Shown: piece by piece, positions 55,331 through 64,000 of the stretch
How positions within the stretch are numbered: the first letter of the stretch is position 1
Layout: every line of letters starts with the position of its first letter
Origin: Craspedostauros australis
Lineage: Eukaryota
Direction of reading: 5' to 3'
NCBI GenBank assembly: GCA_030167865.1
Contig: JALAGF010003778.1
Coordinates: forward strand, 1-64,000
Length of the DNA stretch: 64,000 nucleotides
Notes under the pieces: generated by a model
Databases searched by the model: none
What the model saw: only the letters and a program-made list of their open reading frames with translations
What the model was told of the DNA's origin: nothing
Position numbers and translations under genes: made by a program

Positions 55331-57370
55331 TTACATCATCCCGCTCACATCGTCGGCGTCTTGAGTGGGCGCCTGAGCCTTGGCAGCCGCCTTGCGTCGA
55401 TCCAAGTGCGCGAGCATGACGACCACCAGAATGAAGAGAATGGGCAGCACGATGAACAGAATCATCATGTTGTCATCAAAATTATCGTTTCCAAACAGGT
55501 TGTTGGTTTTCCTGACTGTAGATGTGTTGCTGTCCTCAGAGGAGGAGTCACCGGACGAAGTGTCGGCCACTCTTGCGCTCGGAGCTCCCGTTGGCGACTC
55601 TGAGGCGCCGGTAAATCCGGTATCTCTGTCGAGGGACACCACGAAGATGTCGACGATGTTCTGATGTGTGTCGATCGAGTTGCCGAAAGCGATGGCATGG
55701 CCGGCATTGTCCATCGTCAACGATTTGATGCCGTCGTACCGCTTCTTGGTATCGTCGAAACGAACGCTTTGCATCCAGTCGATGGTTCCGTTCAGATCTA
55801 TGAGCTTGGTGACGAAGACTCCGATGCCCAAGTCGCTGCTGTCCTCGACGATCTCGTCGTCCACGATGCCCCAGCCATTGGGGTATGTGCCGCCGATGTA
55901 CACGATCTTCTCGCCGTTGACTTCGGCCACGTCGCAAACAGCACCGCCGATGCCGGATCCGCTGAGCTGCTTCTTCCAAATCGTGGAGAGGTTGTCCGCA
56001 TCCATCTTGATGATGAATGCTCCCCCGTCGACGGTGCCTTCGATTTTGCCGCGGGTTGTACCAACGATGTAGAGTTTGTCGCCCAAGTTGCAGATTGCGT
56101 TGATGATGTCAGTCTTTTCTGGCTGGCTGCCGAGTCTCCAAGAGGCGACGCTTTGGGTACTCACAACTTTGCCCAAGTTCGGGTCGATTTTGGTGATGAA
56201 GCCATCCAGGTCGCCAACGTGCGTGGTCTTGCTACCGAATGCGTCGCCGACCGCGGAGGTGGAGCCACCGACGATGAGGAGGTCGCGTTCCTCAATGTAC
56301 ACGATCGAGCTGACCATGGTGGTGCCCAAATCGTCGCTGTTGTTGAGGTCCAAGAACCATTCCAAGACGCCGGTGTTGGCATTGATCTTCTGGACGCCGG
56401 AAGCGAAGGAGCTGGTGACTAGCTTCTTCGCCTTCAGGGTCTCCAGAACCTCAATTTCTCGGAACGGGGGCTCAGCAGGCGTGGCGGCCAGGTGCTCGAG
56501 CAGGGTGCGCGGCATCTTCTCATCCTGGAAGATTCCAACGTACACCCAGTGCTGGTTGCCACCGGCGGTGTTGTTGGCCGCGAGCTTGCCGTAAGCTTGC
56601 GCTTTGACAGTCGTGGGGTACGTGAACGCCAGTTGTTGATGCGTGTAGGTGGTGGGATTCCATCCATTATTCTGAAAGTCGAGGTCGTACTCTCCGTAGA
56701 GAGATGGATTTCCGTCGATCGTGCCGAGGTTGACGTCTTTGAAGTGCTCCTTGACGTCTTCCGATCGCGTCGCCAGAGTCTGCGTGTTGACCAACGCAAG
56801 GGCTTCCTCCATGCGCGTCAGCTTCCGCATGGTGGAGTCTTTGAACTCGGTAGGTATTTCGGCATGACCCAACCCGAGCACGTCGTGGTACATGAAGTTA
56901 CCAGCCAGAAAGGCCGTGGTGAATGATACGAAGTTATGGTCCCTGTGCGACAGGTCGGAGGAGTCGGAGGGAATTCCCACGGGCGATTCCTCGTGAATCA
57001 AATCCATGGCCGAGCAATGGTGAAGGCCCGGGATGGAGCGGATATGGACGATGCTCTGCTCGTCGAAGCTCCCTGGTTTGACGTTTCCAAGGTTGAGCAC
57101 TCCCACGAAGCAGACCATGTAGTCATCGAGTTCTTGGGCGGAGAATTTGAGCCCTGCGCCGCCCAAAAAGCCGTTCCTCCAGAAGGTGCCGCTGAACACG
57201 AGCTGGTTTTCGAAGGAATTGAAATGAGCGTTGCTGGCGTATCCGCCGCCGCCTTTCGACTTGATCATCCATCCTGCTCCTGTGCTCGGTGATGTCGATT
57301 GTCCAGCAACCTGCGTCGTGGCAAGTCCGAGGGCCAGGCAGACTGCGAGGTTGGTCATTGGTCCCATCAT
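55331..57370 (-). CDS. Type I membrane protein with an extracellular beta-propeller (SBBP-like repeats)
   Basis: Signal peptide. Repeated blades DLDGFITKIDP, GGAFIIKMDAD, GVFVTKLIDLNG and DIFVVSLDRDTG. Ser/Thr stalk, TM MMILFIVLPILFILVVVMLAHL and a basic stop-transfer DRRK. Confidence 0.75.
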   Translation of the reverse strand: MMGPMTNLAVCLALGLATTQVAGQSTSPSTGAGWMIKSKGGGGYASNAHFNSFENQLVFSGTFWRNGFLGGAGLKFSAQELDDYMVCFVGVLNLGNVKPGSFDEQSIVHIRSIPGLHHCSAMDLIHEESPVGIPSDSSDLSHRDHNFVSFTTAFLAGNFMYHDVLGLGHAEIPTEFKDSTMRKLTRMEEALALVNTQTLATRSEDVKEHFKDVNLGTIDGNPSLYGEYDLDFQNNGWNPTTYTHQQLAFTYPTTVKAQAYGKLAANNTAGGNQHWVYVGIFQDEKMPRTLLEHLAATPAEPPFREIEVLETLKAKKLVTSSFASGVQKINANTGVLEWFLDLNNSDDLGTTMVSSIVYIEERDLLIVGGSTSAVGDAFGSKTTHVGDLDGFITKIDPNLGKVVSTQSVASWRLGSQPEKTDIINAICNLGDKLYIVGTTRGKIEGTVDGGAFIIKMDADNLSTIWKKQLSGSGIGGAVCDVAEVNGEKIVYIGGTYPNGWGIVDDEIVEDSSDLGIGVFVTKLIDLNGTIDWMQSVRFDDTKKRYDGIKSLTMDNAGHAIAFGNSIDTHQNIVDIFVVSLDRDTGFTGASESPTGAPSARVADTSSGDSSSEDSNTSTVRKTNNLFGNDNFDDNMMILFIVLPILFILVVVMLAHLDRRKAAAKAQAPTQDADDVSGMM

Positions 57371-58821
57371 GCTTCCCGAATTTGCGTTCTGTCAATGTTG
57401 ATGTCGATGTCTGTGGCAGTATTGGTATGTATTGGTATATATTGGTATATATTACTATATGCTATACTGTACGAAGATGCTTGCGTTCCCTGAGTTGTTG
57501 CCTTCGTGGTCGCAGGGATAATGTGGACGCGCCCGGTGTGAGATGGAAAGAGTTGGAGGGAGAGAGGAGTTGTGAGTTCGCCCGCTTGTTCGTCTCGTTC
57601 GTCTCGTTCGCCTCTTTGGCCATTGTTCCTGTAGGACTGGTGCGAGCATGGATGGAATTGCCCAAGAAGCTGTGATTGTTGTCCACGCAGACTGCAGATA
57701 CGGCAAGATCACAACAAGAGGGTTACGGATGCACTCTTCAGGATCCACTCACCCTTGTACTAATATAATGCAATACTTATTTCCGACCAGAGCACAAGTG
57801 CAAGTCGCGGTGCTTGAATGGATTATGATAATTGCAACAGAGCTGTCCGAGGGCTGACACTGAGGTGGCCTTCAATGGGCAGAAGATGAGCAGGAGGTGG
57901 ACAGAGCGGTGCAGAGGCAAACGCTGTGTTCTGGTCCTCGTGTTCGCAGTGTGATCTTGGCGATTCCACCAATCCTGTTTCCAAAATTTTGGCGGTGGGA
58001 CACTTGGGCTTGGTCAGTGGGACAAGTTGTGAAGGGTGGAACCAGACGCGCATTGCGACACCCATGCTGCTCAAACACGACCGATGCACGTTCTTCGTTA
58101 TGTGGTCACAATGGTAAATAGTAATAATCTGATACTTACTGGGAGGTACGTTGAACAAGTTGCACAGAGGTAAGAAAAAGGAAGCACGAACTAATATAAG
58201 ATATTTTGACTATTTATACTCAGATTACAATGATGGGCCTCTGAGCGAACAAAAAGCCACCGAGAAGTGATCTGCTCCACATTACCGATAGTCTACTCGC
58301 GCCATCCTCATGAATGTGTGGTGCGAGGTTGCTGGGTGGGCTGTTTGAGATGAGCGCGATCCTGTTTGAGGCAAAGGCCCAACCCTACGCCAATGCAGAT
58401 CATACGAGTATGAGAGCGCAGTAATCTTCTTTATAATTTTATGGTACTGAAACATTAAAACGGAGCAGTCAAACTAAATGATGCTCTCTAGAGAGTTTTG
58501 GTAGGAAGGGTGGCCGAATGAGAGACAGAGAGTCCGGGCACCTTGGACAGGTACAATTGTGGTGCGCCGATCGGAGATCTACCCAACACTCGTGTTCATA
58601 CTCGTACGTGATGCTGATAACGGGGATAATCACCATAATCGCAGATCCAGGATGGGACTTCTCTGTTGCCGACCTTGTTGTGATGTGTCTTCATTTATGA
58701 CATCGCATCGCATCAGATCACATCGCATTGCCGCGGCTGTGAAATGGTGTTGCTGGACCATCAATCCGACGTGATCACACAATAGCACAGTCGCACGATC
58801 ACCCGTTGATATCCATCCAGG

Positions 58822-61800
58822 TTAGGCCAGCTTAATGCTGACCAACGCCACGTTCTTCACGGCCTTGGAACACAAGGGATGCAACGTTCTCGTCGTGACA
58901 CGGAAGGCCCCTGCCTGCGGATTTGCTTCCACACGCACCAGACAGCCCACGTTGATGTTGTTGCCGTTGCCGTCCTTCGCGGCCGTGCGGAAGGTGGCAG
59001 CCCCAGACACGGTCCATGGAGTCGGATCGCATCCTTTGCACCGACCGAACTTCAGACCGTCCGTTATTATGTGAGCGATGCGCGTCATGTACTCTTCGTC
59101 AATCTCTTGCGCGTTTGGTGGAGCCTTAACAACTTCCTGGCATTCCCTTTCCTGGCCATCCAGGCTCTTCCACCGTTGCATGAAGGCACCAGGTTCCAAA
59201 GTGACCGGCTCCATGAAGCATGTCGCCACGATGGGGAGACGGAGCGGATATTCGTGAAGCTCGCCCTCCTCCGTCTCGAAAGCAACTCTCATCGCTGGCG
59301 CGTCATCGAACGGTGCGGTCACTTCGACCAGGAGTAAGAGCTTGGCTTGTGTACGCACCGCAACCGTGCAGCCGCCGTTCTCTTCCTCATCGAACAATCC
59401 CTGAGTGCCCTGCTTCTGCATCTTCAAATGAGTGCAATCATCCAGCACGATCCGGAAGTGCCGCAGTGGTGTCTTGCTGAGATTGCCGAAGAAGACGGAG
59501 ATTCTACCCTGTGAGTTCACGTACTCGTGCTTCACACCGACCTGCAGCAGCGCGTTCTCGAACAGGACGCCGGATGGAGATGTGCAAAGGTTGGCAAAAG
59601 CCTTGCGCATGGCTGGGATGATGTCCTTCGGAATACCGAGCGCGGGTCTATCCAGCGGTCCTGCACCAGGACTCCCCTCTGTATGGCAGATCATGCAGAG
59701 TATAATATCAATAATTCGCAACGATAACGATACGTATTTTGTGTGAGGATGCGTGTGAGAATTTGATCGAGAGTTGATGAACTCAATCCAGTAGGACCGT
59801 CAAGAATACACATAACAAGAGCATGGATATAGATGTAGATGCGGAAAGGAATAACAGTAGCAACAGCAGTAGCGGCAGTAGTACCGGCAACAAGCACAGC
59901 GGTTGGACTGTACGAGTACGACCCAGCATCCTGCGGATCCATTCCACCATTCCACCACTCCATCACATTGCCATGATGCAACCAACGAAGCACAACAGTT
60001 GCCCTCTTTTTCCCATCTCAACTTGTGGCAGGACTTACCGCTGATCGGACTGATCGGGTCGTTGATTGCGTTTTGCTCGGCAGCTTGCTGCGCTGCCACC
60101 TCCTCGGCAGCGCGTGCAGCAGCAGCACTTTGCTCTGCGCGTTCTTTCTGCGCGCGGCTTGGTCGTGCTGCCTTCGCCACGGCTGCGCTGTCATCGCCTT
60201 CCTTTTCTCGCAGACGTTGCTCCAATGCGCTTTGCTTCTTGTCTTCGAATGGCGGCATCTCACGCAGCAGGTCCTCCACGGCTTCCGCGTTGAAGGCTTC
60301 TCTCATGGCAGCGTACTCGGTGGATCGTTGCTGGATCTCCACATCCACAGAGTTCTTGCATCTTGCAAAGACGGGTGCGACCAACGGACGGCACTCTTCG
60401 TACAGATTGGCAAGCTTGGCGTACGTGCTCACCAGGATTGCACGAGTTTGCGGGTCGGACGTGGCCCAATGCTGATGCAGGATGCGGAACTGCTCCTCGC
60501 CACTCATTCCAGGTCTTTCGGCGACGAGGAAACCGAATTCTCCCAGCACGTACGACGCAACCCGGACGGCTGTTTCGTGACAGCGTCTCGGGCTGGCGGC
60601 CACCAGCAAGGTCGCAGCTGTGTATGCCTGCAGATCTCCCTGCGGATGATTCGTGACGATTTGGACCACACGATGCCAGATGGCGTCGCTCACGTGATCA
60701 CCGCTGATGGAGATGAGCTTGAGGATTGTGTCGACGTACCAGCGGAGATCGGTGGCGTACTTCTCTGCCAGGATGGCAATCTTCAACACCATCTCCTCGC
60801 GGATCGCTGCGTCCGCCATGGTCAGGTGCGCAACGAGCTGATCGACGATTCTCTCCGCGTTGTCGGTGTCGCACATTACAAACAGAAGATCGAGGGCACG
60901 GCGCCGGACGGAGATGTCGGCATCCTTCAAAGATACCAGCACCGTCTCCTGGTGCTTCTTGATAGACTCGTTGCTCCCCTCTAGCTGCGCCAGCTTGGCC
61001 ATCGTCATGAGACCCAGGTACCTGATGTTGGGTTCGCGCACGGAGATGAACTTACCCAGCAACTTCATGGCACCGTCACGCAGCTGCGGCGGACCGGAAG
61101 TGCCCCAGGTGACGATGAGGTTGACAGCCTCGAAGAGGATGGCGTGATCGGCGTTGGACTTGTTGATCGATTCCGAAACATCTGTCTCCGTCAAAATCTT
61201 GGATACGACGCTGGTGAGCTGGGAGATGTGGGCGGAGTTGTCGGTGCCACTCTCTGCGTCCTTGCCACCATTTGCGATGGCGTGCGGATAGAGCTGCAGG
61301 AATTTGAGTAGCTTGATCTGCAACCATGGCGAAGGTGTTTTGTAGTACAAGTACTCGCGGGCGCAGGCCTTCTTCAGCACAAGCATCCCCATGACGTGCA
61401 CCACGTACGGGATGAGCGATTCGTACTCCCTGGTATTGTGGGTTGCAACTCCGTGCAACAGGCTCATGACACTGGTCAGCACTCCAAGGTGCTTGTCCTG
61501 AAGAAGCCCGGCGATTTTAGGTGCGAACTCCTTCCCCACCAGCGTTTTGGGGTTGGATCGCACGAGACGAAGCAAACACAGGGCACACTTCTTCTTGACA
61601 CCCGCAGTTGAGGACTTGGCAAGCAGCATTGCCAGGACCTCATCCTGCAACGTTCGGACCAATTCGAGGCCGGAGATGTTTGCGATGGTGCAGAGAGCCA
61701 GAGACTGAGCGGTGTCTGCTACCGGCGCGTTGCTCTTCGGGTTTGCTGTTCCTGGCGTGGTGAGATCCTTTCGCACCGTACTGATGATCGACGTCATCAT

Positions 61801-63016
61801 GGGATCGTCGCTGCGCAGGAGGAGGCTCAGTGCGGCATACCCAACGTTTTTCTCCGCGTACTTCGGTGATCGCACCAGGGCAAGCACTTCAGCGTGACCG
61901 AAATCGACGTCATAACCTAGCACGTGGATGTAGACCAGCTTCCACACGTATTTCTTCCGCTGGTACGAGTTCAACGCCTGATTGCTACCATCCTCGCCCA
62001 CTTGCCTTCCAGAAGCTGTGAACTTCTTTCGGATATTCGCAAGTTCCTTGTCTACACGCTTTTGTTCATCCTCCTGTCATTCGCCGACGTAGTAGTAGCA
62101 GTAGCAATTGCGATGGCCCGTTCGTTCGTTCGTTCATCGGTGAGGTCATCCACGAAGTCGTCAGCGCACCAATACACATGCACATTCGGAAGTTGAGTCA
62201 TGAAATAAGATGTGGTCATCAGCGGCACCGTCAGTGCCAAGAGGCAGGCACACAGAACAGCAGCAACAAGTTGTGGAAGATGGATGCGACCAACGATAAT
62301 GGGATCATGGTGATTTGTTCATTCATTCGTTCGTTGAATTCGTTGAATGGTTGACATCGCAAAGTAGGGTGGCAGAGTGAATGATGGATGTCCATCGCAT
62401 GACATCCAACAAAACCGGAACGAAGCACGGCGAATCGAGCAGAATGGGGAAATGCAAGCAGATGAAAGTGAAGCAGAGCAGTTGATTCGGTCAGTTCATG
62501 CATGATGAAGTTCGAACATTGCGAGCATCTCACATTCGGTGCAACTCCGGATGCCTCTTCCACATCCCCAATCACTCGGAGACAACATGCATCCATTCGG
62601 TTGCTGGTCTTCGCCAAACAACGATCGCCTGAGGGCAGAAGCACCCAGCGAGCGTCACGGAACCACGAGGATTTTCTCTCTCGGCGCATGTTGTTTGGCA
62701 CGACACCGATGTCACATGCGACATTTTATTCGAGAAATCATGTGCTCCGTTGAGTCGTGATGCATTCAATGTCTACACATATGAATACAAATATAATGTC
62801 GTTTTGATGTCTCTGTGACGCTCTCTCTGTCCGCATTGATCATCGTTGGATGACCGCGCGGGTAAAGCGACGATACGGCACAGCTCGTCACAAGCAACAT
62901 GATGCATGCAACACCATGGCGAAGTCGGCGGCAGCAGCGAAGAAGGATCGTACCTTGCTCTTGGCGTTTCGGAGGTCGGAGATGAAATTCTGAAGACCGC
63001 GGGCTTTGGTGGACAT
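58822..63016 (-). CDS. AP2A: AP-2 adaptor complex subunit alpha (alpha-adaptin), 3 exons
   Basis: Exons 63016-62954, 62073-60039 and 59678-58822. N-terminus RGLQNFISDLRNAKSK|EDEQKRVDKELANIRKKF, then YQRKKYVWKL, PWLQIKLL, DADISVRRRALDLL, REEMVLKIAILAEKY and a C-terminal appendage (ear) domain. 984 aa. Confidence 0.96.
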
Positions 63017-63690
63017 CTTGAAATGCTTGCTTTGGCGTCTGTGGGGACGTTCGCTCTGCTGTTGTGTGTGTTGATGCCCTCGAGAGCTTTGTTGAGACCG
63101 TTTTGCTGGCGACTGGGCGGGTTGTGGCGCGGGTTGCGACGCGTTCAGTTGCGGTTGCGACGACGGCTGATGTGTCGCCACAGCGTGTTGTTGCAATGCA
63201 CTGAACGAAGTTGGATTGTGACGTTTCGCACTGCTCTGTGTCGTTTTGCGTTGTGTGGCGTGACGGCCGTTGTCGATGGGCGGCTGCTTTGGGTGTGCGG
63301 AATGGCAGCGTGCACTCCTCGAGGGTGGGGAAGAGGCTTCGTCCGAGGAGGGAGGAGCAAGAGGGAGCAGATCTTGTGCACTCCCGACATGGCGATTTGG
63401 CGCTGCGCGTTGTTGCGTCTACTTTGTTGTGCACTCCGCCGAAATGACTCCCACGGCACTGCGATCAATCCGCGAACCAATCCATCGAGTCATTGGATCA
63501 AAGACCATTTCCGTTGAGTTTCTTGTTGGACGCGACTCTTCCGAATTGAGTGAAATCATTCGTGGATGCGATTGAGATGGCTGTTGCTTCCTCTTGGCCA
63601 ATCATAACGCTCGAAAGCTATCCACGATTGTGATGCAGCTTTGGCGCCAAAAACAACCAACAAGCAAGAACATTGGATCAAGCCATCAAC

Positions 63691-63746
63691 CACCAACAAA
63701 CACCAACAAACACCAACAAACACCAACAAACACCAACAAACACCAA
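63691..63746. repeat. 10-bp tandem repeat (CACCAACAAA) x ~5.5
   Basis: Five perfect copies plus one partial copy. Confidence 0.95.
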
Positions 63747-64000
63747 ACACGAAGATTCAATTCCATCAAACATCGGCCACACCAAAAACAGCCTCGTTTG
63801 TGTCTTCGCATCCTACCTTCTATGCGTCATCACAACCCATGCTGACAAAACGTTCGAATAGCCTGGAGTAGTCGCGGAGCAGTCGGTCCCTTGCATGTCA
63901 AGCTCCACCAAGACAGGGCGGATATTCGCCCCAACACTTGTATCGACCATCTCCCATCGCAGCACTTCAGGAGGATCCATGAGCCTCGCGTGCAACCCAA

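Noticed and set aside
58132..58143. ATACTTACTGGG resembling the U1 snRNA 5' end
   Set aside because: It lacks one C of ATACTTACCTG, and I see no U1 stem-loops or Sm site downstream.
63813..64000. Minus-strand frame open from the right edge (…LMDPPEVLRWEMVD…)
   Set aside because: Too short and without recognisable motifs. It cannot be supported without the adjacent sequence.

Overview
This is eukaryotic nuclear DNA, very probably from a diatom (likely a pennate). The evidence is GT-AG spliceosomal introns, bipartite plastid-targeting presequences with an 'A/G-F-A/T-P' cleavage motif, C-ending codon bias and diatom-type orphan families. I can support about 24 protein-coding genes, nine of them reconstructed by hand across introns. 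Recognisable genes: PAP2 lipid phosphatase, thioredoxin-like [2Fe-2S] protein, MAD1, plastid RadA/Sms, RPB11, plastid IspG, a GNAT acetyltransferase, an N-acylated hemerythrin-domain protein, pirin, NOL10/Enp2, two tandem phosphoglycerate dehydrogenases with mitochondrial-type presequences, a GT47 exostosin, a GT96/GT95-like glycosyltransferase, eIF3L, a beta-propeller membrane protein and AP-2 alpha-adaptin. Three genes are absent from or obscured in the ORF track: (i) a purine-rich PHD-finger ORF running off the left edge, probably a retroelement ORF1; (ii) a three-exon 156-aa plastid-targeted orphan; (iii) a 99-aa single-TM mitochondrial-type microprotein. The most interesting neighbourhoods are the GNAT/hemerythrin/pirin trio, the anciently duplicated PGDH pair and the head-to-head glycosyltransferase pair. 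I saw no rRNA, tRNA or CRISPR array. All family assignments come from motif recognition, not database searches, and I cannot establish that any of these candidates is truly undescribed.
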